DNA of 64,000 nucleotides. It comes from an uncultured Lachnospiraceae bacterium. Its GTDB lineage: Bacteria; Bacillota; Clostridia; Lachnospirales; Lachnospiraceae. Positions 28,196-39,004 of this stretch are shown here, in pieces; the first letter of the stretch is position 1; every line of letters starts with the position of its first letter. The stretch is taken from NCBI GenBank assembly GCA_910580195.1, contig CAJTWA010000018.1, positions 2,144 through 66,143 on the forward strand, written 5' to 3'. A program made the position numbers and the translations under genes. Below the pieces are notes generated by a model. It did no database searches. It was not told where the DNA came from and saw only the letters and a list, made by a program, of their open reading frames with translations.

Positions 28196-28888
28196 ATGAA
28201 CACACACATTACAATGAAAGAACTGCCGGAATCCGAGCAGCCCCTAGAAAAATGCGTCCAATACGGCGCACACGTACTGTCAGACGCCGAACTTCTGGCA
28301 GTCATCTTAAAAAACGGAACAAGGGACATGACAGCCCTGCAGCTTGCCCAGCTTTTCCTGTCCCAGAAGGAAAAGAACCTTCTGAACCTAACGGCCATGG
28401 GGATAGAGGAAATGCAGAAGTTTCCGGGCATTGGGCAGGTAAAGGCAGCCCAGCTAAAATGCGTGGCAGAGCTTGCACGGCGCATCGCCAAGGCCAGCAG
28501 GCTTGGGAACGTAAGGCTGAACGAGCCGGGCAGCATTGCGGCCTATTACATGGAATCCCTCCGGCACGAAACGAAAGAAAAACTGTTATTGGCCATGTTT
28601 GATGCAAAGAGCAGCCTTCTGGGGGATGAAATCATCTCTGTAGGCACCGTCACCAACTCACTGGTGTCGCCAAGGGAAATATTCCTAAAGGCATTGGAGT
28701 ATGGGGCCGTCCATATCGTGCTCCTCCATAACCACCCCAGCGGGGACCCTGCCCCAAGCGATGCAGACCTAGTGGTGACAAAGCGGGTGGAAGACAGCGG
28801 CAGGATGCTTGGGGTTGCGCTTGCAGACCACATCATTATCGGGGATAACAGATATATCAGCTTTAGAGAAAATGGCCTTTTAGGTTGA
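28196..28888 (+). CDS. radC: RadC/JAB-domain protein
   Basis: LSDAELLA, GIGQVKA, HNHPSGDPAPSDAD, DHIII. Confidence 0.94.
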   Translation: MNTHITMKELPESEQPLEKCVQYGAHVLSDAELLAVILKNGTRDMTALQLAQLFLSQKEKNLLNLTAMGIEEMQKFPGIGQVKAAQLKCVAELARRIAKASRLGNVRLNEPGSIAAYYMESLRHETKEKLLLAMFDAKSSLLGDEIISVGTVTNSLVSPREIFLKALEYGAVHIVLLHNHPSGDPAPSDADLVVTKRVEDSGRMLGVALADHIIIGDNRYISFRENGLLG

Positions 28889-28905
28889 GGAAAGGAACGT
28901 AAATT

Positions 28906-29925
28906 ATGTCGACAAATGTTTATGGAATTGATTTAGGGACTTGTAACCTGAAAGTTTTTTGCAAGGCTACCGGGAAAGTCATCAATGAGAAAAATGCCAT
29001 TGCCCTTGTAAACAAGAACCAGCTGTATGCCTTTGGCAATGACGCATATGCCATGTATGAAAAGGCGCCGGACGCCATCAAGGTATCCTTCCCCGTCGTA
29101 AACGGGGTGATTGCCGATTACAACAACATGCAGAACATGATTGGGGAAGTCTTGGACAAGCATGTGAAAAACCATATCAAGGGGGCTGAATTTATCGTAG
29201 CCGTGCCCACGGACATTACAGAAGTGGAGAAAAAAGCATTCTTCGACTTGTTCTATAAGAGCCGGTTCAAGCCAAAGAGCGTGCTCCTGTGCGAAAAGCC
29301 CATTGCGGACGCAGTAGGCCTTGATTTGGACGTGAATTCCCCCACCGGGTTCATGATTGTGAATATCGGCGCAGACACCACGGAGATTTCCGTCATTTCC
29401 TTAGGCGGCCTGGTGTTAAGCGACCTTTTGCATTTCGGCGGGAAACGCATTGACGAGTCTATCATTAACCATATGAAACGCAATTTCGGGCTGGTAATCG
29501 GCCAGAAAACCGCCATGTACCTGAAAGAAACACTAGGCTGCGCCCTGCCGGAAGAAGAGGAGCAGAGCACAGTCATTGTAGGGCGGGACGTGGTAAGCGG
29601 TCTTCCGATTGAAATGGAGGTTTCCTCCCCCGTAGTATACGAAGCCGTGAAAGACAACCTGAATTCCATCTGCACTTCTATCAAGATGATTTTGGAAAAG
29701 ACCCCGCCGGAGCTGGCAAAGGACATTATCCATTCCGGCATTTACATTACCGGCGGCTCTTCCAAAATTAAGCGGCTGGACGAATTGTTCAAGCAGATTA
29801 CCAACATTCAGGTAAATACCTGCGAACTGCCGGAAGAGAGCGCCGTAAGGGGCTTAAATAAAATTGTGTCGGATGAGAAATTCCGCCGGCTCGCTTTTAG
29901 CATGAAAACCAGAATTTATAAATAA
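28906..29925 (+). CDS. mreB: Rod shape-determining protein MreB (divergent)
   Basis: GIDLGT, GVIADY, TPPELAKDI, ITGG; upstream of mreCD. Confidence 0.88.
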   Translation: MSTNVYGIDLGTCNLKVFCKATGKVINEKNAIALVNKNQLYAFGNDAYAMYEKAPDAIKVSFPVVNGVIADYNNMQNMIGEVLDKHVKNHIKGAEFIVAVPTDITEVEKKAFFDLFYKSRFKPKSVLLCEKPIADAVGLDLDVNSPTGFMIVNIGADTTEISVISLGGLVLSDLLHFGGKRIDESIINHMKRNFGLVIGQKTAMYLKETLGCALPEEEEQSTVIVGRDVVSGLPIEMEVSSPVVYEAVKDNLNSICTSIKMILEKTPPELAKDIIHSGIYITGGSSKIKRLDELFKQITNIQVNTCELPEESAVRGLNKIVSDEKFRRLAFSMKTRIYK

Positions 29926-29939
29926 AGGTGTAATCATTT

Positions 29940-30866
29940 ATGAAGCGTAAATCAACAAAACATTCCATACCAACCAGATATACCCTGCTGATATTGACAG
30001 GTTTCTGCATTATTGTCATGTTCGTCAGTTTTACACTGAACTTGTCCGGCGGGCCTTTGAATACCGTAGCCGGGTACGTGTTCGTCCCCATGCAGAAGGG
30101 CATCAATACCATCGGCACATGGTTCCTCTCCCGGGCGGACGACCTGAAATCCTTACGGGACGTCATGCAGGAAAACCGCAAGCTGCAGGCGGAAGTGGAT
30201 AAACTGACGCAGGAATTAAGCACCATCAAGCTGGAGCAGTATGAACTGGACAACCTCCGGGAACTGATGGAGCTGGACCAGAAATACCCCAGCTATGAAA
30301 AAGTAGCAGCCCATGTCATTGGGAACGACAGCGGGAACTGGTTCAGCATTTTCCTGATTGACAAGGGGGAAAACGATGGGATTGAAAAGGACATGAACGT
30401 CATTGCAGGCAGCGGGCTGGTAGGGATTGTCATTGACACGGGGCCAAATTATGCGAAAGTCCGTTCCATTATCGACGACGCCAGCAATGTGAGCGGCATG
30501 TCGCTGTCTTCCGCAGACCGCTGCATCATCAGCGGGAACCTTGCTACCATGAACGAGCAGCAGGTCATTGGGTTTACGGACTTAAAATGCGACGACGATG
30601 CAGTCAAAACCGGGGAGCAGATGGTGACGTCCCACATCAGCGACAAATATTTGGAAGGCATATTAATTGGCTACGTCAGCTCCATCGAACGGGATTCCAA
30701 CAACCTGACGTATTCCGGGACTATTACCCCTGCCGTGGATTTCCAGCATTTGCGGGAAGTGCTTGTAATACTGGACAAAAAGAACATGGGGGATAAGCAG
30801 GAAGATCCGGGCAGCCAAAACACGCAAAAGAAAACAAAGCAGCAAAAGCAGGAGGGCGGCCAATGA
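29940..30866 (+). CDS. mreC: Rod shape-determining protein MreC
   Basis: TM plus coiled coil, IDKGENDGI, GLVG, ILIG, PAVDF. Confidence 0.92.
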   Translation: MKRKSTKHSIPTRYTLLILTGFCIIVMFVSFTLNLSGGPLNTVAGYVFVPMQKGINTIGTWFLSRADDLKSLRDVMQENRKLQAEVDKLTQELSTIKLEQYELDNLRELMELDQKYPSYEKVAAHVIGNDSGNWFSIFLIDKGENDGIEKDMNVIAGSGLVGIVIDTGPNYAKVRSIIDDASNVSGMSLSSADRCIISGNLATMNEQQVIGFTDLKCDDDAVKTGEQMVTSHISDKYLEGILIGYVSSIERDSNNLTYSGTITPAVDFQHLREVLVILDKKNMGDKQEDPGSQNTQKKTKQQKQEGGQ

Positions 30867-31387
30867 AGCTAAGGCGGAAATTTGCAGTTTTTGCAATTGT
30901 TACCATCTGTTTCCTTTTGCAGAGCACCTTGTTCCAAGCATTGTCCTTTGCATCCATCTCCCCCAACCTCTTAATTGTGGCAGTTTCCTCCTTTGGCTTT
31001 ATGCGGGGCAGGAAAGAGGGGATGTGGATTGGGTTTTTCAGCGGGCTTTTGCTGGATATTTTTTACGGCAGCGTCATTGGGTTTTATGCGTTGATTTATG
31101 CGTATATCGGCTATGTCAACGGGTTTTTCCGCAAGATGTTTTTCCCGGATGACATTAAGCTGCCGCTGATTTTGATAGCCCTGAGCGATTTTTCCTGCAA
31201 TTTTATGGTCTATGTATTCCTGTTTTTCCTGCGCAGGAGGTTCCGGTTTAATTATTACCTCCTGCATATTATGCTGCCGGAACTGGTATACACCATACTT
31301 GTGACGATTGTCCTTTACTTTATTATCCTGAAAATAAACCAGAAGCTAGAAGCAGTTGAGCGAAGGAGCGCGAATAAGTTTGTTTGA
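30863..31387 (+). CDS. mreD: Rod shape-determining protein MreD
   Basis: Hydrophobic, PNL and GLLLD motifs, synteny. Confidence 0.9.
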   Translation: MKLRRKFAVFAIVTICFLLQSTLFQALSFASISPNLLIVAVSSFGFMRGRKEGMWIGFFSGLLLDIFYGSVIGFYALIYAYIGYVNGFFRKMFFPDDIKLPLILIALSDFSCNFMVYVFLFFLRRRFRFNYYLLHIMLPELVYTILVTIVLYFIILKINQKLEAVERRSANKFV

Positions 31388-34268
31388 GTCTATCAAGAAT
31401 TTCAGTAAAAAATTAATAAGTTCCCGGCTGTTTATCTTAAGCATTGCCATGCTAATCCTCTTTGGCATCCTGATGCAGCGTATTTTTGTGCTGCAGATTA
31501 TCAATGGGAAGGAATATATGGACAACTATACCCTGCGGATACAAAAAGAGCGCGTCACCTCCGGGACCCGGGGCAGTATTTACGACCGCAACGGCAAACT
31601 TTTGGCTTACAGCGAGCTTTCTTATTCCGTCACGATTGAGGACAACGGCATTTACACCAGCACATCCGAGAAAAACCGCCTGATGAACGAAGAGCTGAAC
31701 ACCGTCATCCACATGGTGGAAGAAAAAGGGGACACCATCACCAATAATTTCGGGATCCAGAAAAATGAGGCTGGGGCTTATGGTTTCATCTTAAGCGGGA
31801 AAGCCCAGAAGCGGTTCCTTGCGGATGTTTATGGGCACAACAAGATTGACGAGCTGAAATTCAACAAAAAATTAGGGTACAACGAAGGCTCCGCAACGCC
31901 GGAACAAGTCATGGAATACCTGCAGGATAAGTTTGGGATTTACGTAGAAGGCAGGGAATACGAGAACACCAAAGGGAAAGAAATTAATTTTTATACTGCG
32001 GAAGAGGCTTACAAAATCATGATCCTGCGTTACGCCATCTCCCAGAACAGCTACCAGCGGTATGTGCAGACCACCATTGCCCAGAATGTCAGCGAAGAAA
32101 CCGTCGCCGTCATCAAAGAGAACTCTGAGATCCTGCAGGGCATTGACATTATGGAGGACAGCATCCGCAAATATGTGGACAGCGTGTACTTTTCCCATAT
32201 TATCGGCTACACCGGGAAGATTTCCCAGACGGAATACGATGAGCTTTCCAAGGAAAACGACCAGTATACCTTAAACGACGTCATTGGGAAGTCCGGCATT
32301 GAGCAGGTGATGGACCAGGAGCTGCAAGGGACCAAAGGCATTGAGCAGTTTTATGCCGACAGCGTAGGGCGGATTACGGAAATGATTAAGCAAGTGGACG
32401 CTGCCTCCGGCCATAATATTTACCTGTCCCTTGACGCAGACCTGCAGAAAGCCGTCTACCAGATGTTAGAGCAGGAGCTTGCGGGCATCCTCTATGCAAA
32501 TATTGAAAATATTAAAGAATATGACACCAGCAGCGGCTCTGCATCAGACATTAAAATCCCCATTGACGATGTATTTTTTGCATTGCTCAACAACAATGTC
32601 ATAGACATCAGCCACCTTGGCGCAGAGGATGCAAAGCCAGTGGAACAGCAGGTGTACAGCACATTTTTGGCAAAACAGGATTCTGTCTTAAATGAACTGC
32701 GCCAGCAGTTTTCCTCAAACGACCCTGCCCCCTACGGGGATTTGAGCGACGAGCAGCAGATGTACATGAGCTATATCCTGTCCATGCTGCAGAAACAGGA
32801 AATTTTCCTCTCCGACAAGGTAGATACCGAGGACGAGGTATACAAGGCTTGGAAAAACGACACGGTAAGCCTGTGCGAATACCTGCGCCGGGCCATTGCC
32901 ATGGACTGGATTGACATTACGAAATTTGATACGGACTCCAAATATTCGGACTCTACCGAAATATATGACGCATTGGTGGCTTATATTACAGAAGAATTAA
33001 AAACAGACCGGGAATTTTGCAAGCGGATTTACAAATATATGATAAACCAAGAACTGGTTTCCGGCACCCAGATTTGCCTCCTGCTGTTTGAGCAGGGAAT
33101 CCTGCAGGAAACGGAAGGGGATTTGACGGCTCTACAGAGCGGTGCGCTCAGCGCCTTCCAGTTTATGCGGGATAAAATCAAGAACCTGCAGATTACCCCG
33201 GCACAGCTTGCCCTAGACCCTTGTACGGCAAGCTGCGTCATGATAAACCCCCAGACCGGGGAGCTGCTTGCCTGCGTCACATACCCCGGGTATGACACCA
33301 ACCGGCTCGCCAACTCGGTAGATTCGGAGTATTTTGCCAGCCTGCAGGCGGATTTATCCATCCCGCAGTATAACAACGCCACCCAGCAGCAGACGGCGCC
33401 GGGCTCTACCTTCAAGCCTGTGACGGCAGCGGCGGCCCTGACGGAAGGGGCAGTCAGCGTCAGTGAGCAGATTGTCACCAAAGGGGAATTTACGGAAATC
33501 AACCCATCCCCCAAATGCTGGATTTACCCGGGCAGCACCCATGGGGCCATCAATGTGTCCGAGGCCATCCGGGATTCCTGCAACTATTTCTTTTATGAGC
33601 TTGGGTACCGGATGAGCTCCGCCGGGGGCGTTTACAATGAAAATAAAGGGATTGCCACCATACAGAAATATGCCGCGCTGTTCGGCTTAGATGAAAAGAC
33701 TGGCATTGAGATACCGGAAAATGAGCCCCATATTGCCGATGAATACCCCATTACCTCTTCCATTGGGCAGAGCAACCACAACTTCACCACCACCCAGCTT
33801 GCAAGGTATTTAACGGCAGTCGCCAGCAGCGGGGACATTTACAAGCTGACGCTTTTGGACAAGGAAACTGCCTCCGATGGGACCTTAGTGCAGGAATTCA
33901 AGCCGGAAGTCATCCGCAAGATTACAGAAGTGTCCAATGTTTCCTGGGACGCCATCCACAACGGGATGCGCATGGTAGCAGAAAATAACAGATCCTTTAA
34001 GGACTTCCCCATTGCCGTAGCCGGGAAGACGGGTACCGCCCAGCAGATTACCACAAGGGCTAACCACGCGCTGTTTATTGGCTATGCCCCGTTTGACAGG
34101 CCCCAAATCGCCATTGCGACCCGGATTGCCTATGGGTATACCTCTGCCAATGCAGCGGAAGTGTCCCGGAATATCCTGAAATATTATTTCAAGTTAGAGG
34201 GCACGGATACGTTATTGGACGGGCAGGCGGAAGAAATTGAAAGCACTGCCAATGGATTTACCGATTAA
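31380..34268 (+). CDS. Class B penicillin-binding protein (PBP2/MrdA-like)
   Basis: RGSIYDRNG, PGSTFK (SxxK), SCN (SxN), KTGTAQ; TTG start inferred from AAGGAG. Confidence 0.92.
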   Translation: MFESIKNFSKKLISSRLFILSIAMLILFGILMQRIFVLQIINGKEYMDNYTLRIQKERVTSGTRGSIYDRNGKLLAYSELSYSVTIEDNGIYTSTSEKNRLMNEELNTVIHMVEEKGDTITNNFGIQKNEAGAYGFILSGKAQKRFLADVYGHNKIDELKFNKKLGYNEGSATPEQVMEYLQDKFGIYVEGREYENTKGKEINFYTAEEAYKIMILRYAISQNSYQRYVQTTIAQNVSEETVAVIKENSEILQGIDIMEDSIRKYVDSVYFSHIIGYTGKISQTEYDELSKENDQYTLNDVIGKSGIEQVMDQELQGTKGIEQFYADSVGRITEMIKQVDAASGHNIYLSLDADLQKAVYQMLEQELAGILYANIENIKEYDTSSGSASDIKIPIDDVFFALLNNNVIDISHLGAEDAKPVEQQVYSTFLAKQDSVLNELRQQFSSNDPAPYGDLSDEQQMYMSYILSMLQKQEIFLSDKVDTEDEVYKAWKNDTVSLCEYLRRAIAMDWIDITKFDTDSKYSDSTEIYDALVAYITEELKTDREFCKRIYKYMINQELVSGTQICLLLFEQGILQETEGDLTALQSGALSAFQFMRDKIKNLQITPAQLALDPCTASCVMINPQTGELLACVTYPGYDTNRLANSVDSEYFASLQADLSIPQYNNATQQQTAPGSTFKPVTAAAALTEGAVSVSEQIVTKGEFTEINPSPKCWIYPGSTHGAINVSEAIRDSCNYFFYELGYRMSSAGGVYNENKGIATIQKYAALFGLDEKTGIEIPENEPHIADEYPITSSIGQSNHNFTTTQLARYLTAVASSGDIYKLTLLDKETASDGTLVQEFKPEVIRKITEVSNVSWDAIHNGMRMVAENNRSFKDFPIAVAGKTGTAQQITTRANHALFIGYAPFDRPQIAIATRIAYGYTSANAAEVSRNILKYYFKLEGTDTLLDGQAEEIESTANGFTD

Positions 34269-34285
34269 AGTTTGGAGGGATAAAT

Positions 34286-34972
34286 TTGCCAAGACCAGTA
34301 GTATTAAAAAGCAACAAATATGGGATTAACCTGATTATGGACCGGGACATGGATTTTGAAGAGCTTCTGGGCTGTATTTTGGACCGGTTCAAGGAATCTG
34401 AAAATTTTTTCCGGAATGCCAAAATGGCAATTTCCTTTGAAGGCAGGGAACTGACGCAGGAGGAAGAATTCCGGATTGTAGACACCATTACCAGCAACAC
34501 TACCGTAAATATCATCTGCATTTTGGACAACGATGCCTTGCGGGAAGAATTGGTCCGCCAGAAAGTCGAGCAGTTTGAGGAAGAGCAGGCAGGGAAAACC
34601 GGGGAATTTTACCGGGGGACCCTCCGTTCCGGGCAGGTGCTGGACTGTGAGAGCAGCATTATTGTGCTGGGGGACGTGAACCCCGGGGCAAAAATCATTT
34701 CCAAAGGGAGCATTGTGGTGCTGGGGGCGCTTAAGGGAACTGCCTATGCGGGGGCAAACGGCAATGAACTGGCCTTTGTGGCCGCCCTTGAGATGGACCC
34801 AATCCAGATAAAAATCGGGGAAATCATTGCAAGGAGCTCAGACAACAAGCCGGCTGCCGGGAAACGCCGCCTGAAAAAAGCGAAAGTTACCATAGAGCCG
34901 CAGGTTGCAATTGTAAAAGAGGGGAACATTTATATCGAGCCAATCACAAAGGGCCTTTTGAACAACATCTAA
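34286..34972 (+). CDS. minC: Septum site-determining protein MinC
   Basis: TLRSGQ, GDVNPGA, G-x-L-x-G-x-A-x-AG. Confidence 0.93.
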   Translation: MPRPVVLKSNKYGINLIMDRDMDFEELLGCILDRFKESENFFRNAKMAISFEGRELTQEEEFRIVDTITSNTTVNIICILDNDALREELVRQKVEQFEEEQAGKTGEFYRGTLRSGQVLDCESSIIVLGDVNPGAKIISKGSIVVLGALKGTAYAGANGNELAFVAALEMDPIQIKIGEIIARSSDNKPAAGKRRLKKAKVTIEPQVAIVKEGNIYIEPITKGLLNNI

Positions 34973-35053
34973 AAAACAGGAGGATGCAGCCGGCAAGGCT
35001 TTTGCGGCTGGCGGAAGGGCTTTGGACAATATCTAAAAAGCAGGAGGATGTAG
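34949..35053. repeat. About 40-bp duplication of the minC 3' end, stop and RBS, flanking a small GC hairpin
   Basis: AAGGGC...ACAAYATCTAAAAA.CAGGAGGATGYAG at 34949 and 35015. Confidence 0.8.
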
Positions 35054-35057
35054 TAGG

Positions 35058-35849
35058 ATGAGTGAAGTAATCGTGATAACATCAGGGAAAGGTGGGGTAG
35101 GCAAGACTACCACCACGGCAAACGTAGGGACAGGGCTTGCCCAAGAGGGCAAGAAAGTGGTGCTGATTGATACCGACATCGGGCTTAGGAACCTTGACGT
35201 AGTCATGGGCCTTGAGAACCGCATCGTATACAATCTGGTAGACGTAGTGGAGGGGAACTGCCGCATGAAGCAGGCCTTGATTAAGGATAAGCGCTATCCG
35301 AACCTTTCCCTCCTCCCTTCTGCCCAGACAAGGGACAAGTCAGCCGTGTCGCCGGAGCAGATGGTAAAGCTGATTGATGAGCTAAAGGAAGATTTTGATT
35401 ATATCCTTTTAGACTGCCCGGCAGGGATCGAGCAGGGATTTAAGAACGCCATCGCCGGTGCAGACCGGGCATTGGTAGTCACCACCCCGGAGGTATCGGC
35501 CATCCGGGATGCAGACCGGATTATTGGGCTTTTGGGGGCAAATGAGGTAAAACGGACAGAACTGATTGTGAACCGCCTGCGGATGGACATGGTAAAGCGC
35601 GGGGACATGATGAACATTAACGACGTGACGGATATCCTTGCCATCGACTTAATCGGCGCCATTCCGGACGACGAGCAGATTGTCATTTCCACCAACCAAG
35701 GGGAACCGCTGGTCGGGTCCGACTGCCTTGCCGGGAAAGCCTTCGCCAATATCTGCCACAGGATTTTAGGGGAAGAAGTGCCATTTCTGGATTTGGAAAT
35801 TAAATCCAGCGTATGGGGGAAACTAAAGGAAATCTTTAAAAAAAACTAG
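35058..35849 (+). CDS. minD: Septum site-determining ATPase MinD
   Basis: SGKGGVGKTT, DIGLRNLD, C-terminal amphipathic helix. Confidence 0.97.
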   Translation: MSEVIVITSGKGGVGKTTTTANVGTGLAQEGKKVVLIDTDIGLRNLDVVMGLENRIVYNLVDVVEGNCRMKQALIKDKRYPNLSLLPSAQTRDKSAVSPEQMVKLIDELKEDFDYILLDCPAGIEQGFKNAIAGADRALVVTTPEVSAIRDADRIIGLLGANEVKRTELIVNRLRMDMVKRGDMMNINDVTDILAIDLIGAIPDDEQIVISTNQGEPLVGSDCLAGKAFANICHRILGEEVPFLDLEIKSSVWGKLKEIFKKN

Positions 35850-35861
35850 GAGGAAACCGCT

Positions 35862-36143
35862 ATGGGCTTAATGGATTTTTTTAAAAAGAAAACCTCCGGG
35901 GACATTGCCAAAGACCGGTTAAAATTAGTGCTGGTTTCCGACCGTGCCAACTGTTCGCCGGATATTATGGAAATGATAAAGAACGACATCATCCAAGTGA
36001 TTTCAAAATACATGGAAATTGATGCGGAAGGCCTGGATATCCAGATTACCCAGACAGAATCAGACGGCAACAATGGGAATGTGCCTGCGCTGTATGCGAA
36101 TATCCCCATCAAGGATATGAAGCATCCCAGCGTATCCAGATAA
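35862..36143 (+). CDS. minE: Cell division topological specificity factor MinE
   Basis: AKDRLKLVL, IIQVISKY, ANIPI. Confidence 0.95.
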   Translation: MGLMDFFKKKTSGDIAKDRLKLVLVSDRANCSPDIMEMIKNDIIQVISKYMEIDAEGLDIQITQTESDGNNGNVPALYANIPIKDMKHPSVSR

Positions 36144-36164
36144 ATTATGTAAGGGACGATAATT

Positions 36165-37289
36165 ATGCTGAAACAATACCAAATTAAAAATTACAATTTC
36201 CGCTTGGTTTTTTACGTAGTGGCGCTTACCATGCTTGGGATCAGCGTCATTGGGAGCGCCCAGAAGGCTGTCCAGAGCAAACAGGTATTCGGCCTGCTTC
36301 TGGGCCTGTTTGTGATGGCCGTTGTTTCTGTCATTGATTATTCCTTTATCCTGCGTTTCAACTGGCTGATTTACTTATTCAACATTGGGCTGCTGTCCCT
36401 GATAACCTTCCATGTATTTGGGGACGACGCAGGGGGCGCAGTCCGTTGGATTGAGGTAGGCGGGTTCCGGTTCCAGCCCTCGGAGCTTTCCAAGGTGCTG
36501 CTCATCCTGTTTTTCTCATGGTTTTTTGGGAAATACCATGAAAAAATCAACTCGCTGCCTATGATTTTTCTTTCCGGCATATTAATTTTTATCCCTTGGT
36601 ACATGATTGAAGACCAGCCAGACCTGTCCACCAGCATAGTTGTTGCAGTAATTTTCATTGCACTCTTGTTTTTGTGCGGGTTAAGTTATAAAATAATAGC
36701 AAGCGTGCTGGCTGTCCTAGTCCCAGCAGGGACATTGTTCGTGTACTTAATCTTACAGCCGAACCAAAAAATTCTGGACAACTACCAGTGGCGGCGGATT
36801 ATGGCATGGCTCCAGCCCGAAAAGTATGCAAAGGACGCCTACCAGCAGCAGAATTCCATTATGGCAATCGGCTCTGGGCAGCTATGGGGAAAGGGGCTGA
36901 ATAACGATACCGCATTTTCTGTGAAAAATGGGAATTACATCCCGGAGCCCCAGACAGACTTTATTTTCGCAGTTGCAGGGGAAGAGCTGGGGTTTGTAGG
37001 GGGCGCCGCCATATTGATTTTACTGCTTCTGATTGTCATTGAATGTATCCTGATTGGGAGGAAGGCAAAAGATTTATCTGGCCAGCTTATCTGCGGCGGC
37101 GTTGCCGTCTGGGTAGGGTTCCAAACTTTCGTGAATATCTGCGTGGTGACTGGATTGATGCCCAATACGGGGCTGCCGCTGCCTTTTGTCAGTTATGGGC
37201 TGACATCGTTGGTGAGCCTTTTTATTGGGGTAGGGCTTGTACTGAACGTAGGGCTTCAGCCTCTAAAGTATAGAATGGAGGGTTTTTAA
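36165..37289 (+). CDS. rodA: SEDS-family protein RodA/FtsW
   Basis: GAVRWI, FQPSE, QPDL, PEPQTDFIF, GEELG, TGLPLPFVSYG. Confidence 0.88.
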   Translation: MLKQYQIKNYNFRLVFYVVALTMLGISVIGSAQKAVQSKQVFGLLLGLFVMAVVSVIDYSFILRFNWLIYLFNIGLLSLITFHVFGDDAGGAVRWIEVGGFRFQPSELSKVLLILFFSWFFGKYHEKINSLPMIFLSGILIFIPWYMIEDQPDLSTSIVVAVIFIALLFLCGLSYKIIASVLAVLVPAGTLFVYLILQPNQKILDNYQWRRIMAWLQPEKYAKDAYQQQNSIMAIGSGQLWGKGLNNDTAFSVKNGNYIPEPQTDFIFAVAGEELGFVGGAAILILLLLIVIECILIGRKAKDLSGQLICGGVAVWVGFQTFVNICVVTGLMPNTGLPLPFVSYGLTSLVSLFIGVGLVLNVGLQPLKYRMEGF

Positions 37290-37290
37290 A

Positions 37291-37686
37291 ATGAACATCG
37301 GATTGATTGCACACGATTCTAAGAAAAAACTGATGCAGAACTTTTGCATTGCTTACCGGGGAATCCTTTGCAAAAATGATTTATTCGCAACAGGCACCAC
37401 CGGAAGGCTGATTGAAGAAGTTACAAATTTGTCGATTCACAAGTACCTTGCCGGGCATCTGGGAGGGGCGCAGCAGCTTGGGGCACAGATCGAGCACAAC
37501 CAGATTGACTTGGTTATTTTCCTCCGTGACCCGCTGACGCCAAAATCCCATGAACCAGACGTAAACAACGTAGTACACCTGTGCGATACCCACAATATCC
37601 CGCTGGCAACTAACCTTGCCACGGCAGAACTATTAATTAAATCATTAGACAGAGGAGATTTAGAGTGGCGTGAAATGTATAAATAG
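37291..37686 (+). CDS. mgsA: Methylglyoxal synthase
   Basis: LIAHD, ATGTTG, HEPDV, PLATN. Confidence 0.94.
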   Translation: MNIGLIAHDSKKKLMQNFCIAYRGILCKNDLFATGTTGRLIEEVTNLSIHKYLAGHLGGAQQLGAQIEHNQIDLVIFLRDPLTPKSHEPDVNNVVHLCDTHNIPLATNLATAELLIKSLDRGDLEWREMYK

Positions 37687-37726
37687 GATAAAATTTGCCC
37701 ATGGGAGAAGGGGGATACGCAAATTG

Positions 37727-38749
37727 ATGTACACTAGGAAAGCGGAAAGCTTTTGCCAAGCAGAAGAGGGCCATGCCAGAACAGGTTTCCATAAGGCAGG
37801 GATTGCTGCAATTCTCTTGTGCGTTTCCTTGGCCTGGGGATGCGGCGAGCCGGAAAAAATTGAAAATGCCTATGATATCACGGAGAGCACGAAGTCTTAT
37901 GGGCTGACCTCCGAAGACAGCGGGGGTTCCCAATCCTTTTTTGCAGAGGACATTGCAGTTGCCGGGAACGAGAACAAGCCCCTTGCAAATGTGACAGACT
38001 CCCTTTCCCAAGCGGCAGCCCTGTTTGATTTGACAGAGGACACCATGCTTTTTGGGAAAAATGTACACGAACGGCTCTACCCAGCCAGCACTACAAAAAT
38101 CCTCACTGCTTACGTGGCATTAAAGCATGGGGATTTAGCGGCAACCGCAACTGTCACCGAAGCAGAGCTCCAGCTAGAAGCAGGCTCATCTGTCTGCGGC
38201 TTAGCCGCTGGGGACACCCTTACCTTGGAGGAACTGCTGTACGGCTTGCTCCTTTGCAGCGGCAATGATGCGGCAAATGTCATTGCAGACACAGTTTCCG
38301 GAAGCACGGAAGAATTTACCAAGCTGATGAACCAAGAGGCCAAGAAGCTGGGGGCTACCAATTCCAACTTTGTCAACCCCCATGGGCTGCAGGATGAACA
38401 GCATTACACAACTGTTTATGACATGTACCTGATTTTTCAGGCAGCCATGAAAAATAAAGAGTTTGAAAAAATCATCAGTTCCACGGAACATACCTGCCAA
38501 TACACCAGCCCTTCCGGGGCATCATCCACGAAAGAGTGGAAGACTACCAATAAATTCCTGAATGGGGAAAAGCAGCAGCCGGAAGGCGTCCAAGTGGTAG
38601 GCGGCAAGACAGGGACTACCATTGATGCCGGTTCCTGTTTGGTGCTGTACAGCAAAAAGGGGGACAAGCCCTATATTTCCATCGTGTTCAAGGCTGACAA
38701 CCCGGACAACTTATACCAAGAAATGGAAGAGATGCTCAAAGCAATCTAG
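37727..38749 (+). CDS. D-alanyl-D-alanine carboxypeptidase (peptidase S11)
   Basis: PASTTK, SGNDAA, NPHGL, GKTG. Confidence 0.92.
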   Translation: MYTRKAESFCQAEEGHARTGFHKAGIAAILLCVSLAWGCGEPEKIENAYDITESTKSYGLTSEDSGGSQSFFAEDIAVAGNENKPLANVTDSLSQAAALFDLTEDTMLFGKNVHERLYPASTTKILTAYVALKHGDLAATATVTEAELQLEAGSSVCGLAAGDTLTLEELLYGLLLCSGNDAANVIADTVSGSTEEFTKLMNQEAKKLGATNSNFVNPHGLQDEQHYTTVYDMYLIFQAAMKNKEFEKIISSTEHTCQYTSPSGASSTKEWKTTNKFLNGEKQQPEGVQVVGGKTGTTIDAGSCLVLYSKKGDKPYISIVFKADNPDNLYQEMEEMLKAI

Positions 38750-39004
38750 CGCGGTGCCGGGCCTATTTTCCCACGCCCAAAGGCAGCAAGGCCTTTCCGC
38801 TATGGGGCGTGGCGCGCAGACAGTAAATTGCAGTTTAGGCGCTTCCAAATAAATTTTAAATATCAGTTGAATTTATCGTGAATATGTACTATAATTACCA
38901 TATGAAAATTACTAATATCATGCAAAAAAGAGGGTGTTTCCTTGAATTTACAGAAACTTATTATCTATTTTGCATAAATGCAGTTAGACTAGGAGGAGAT
39001 TGCC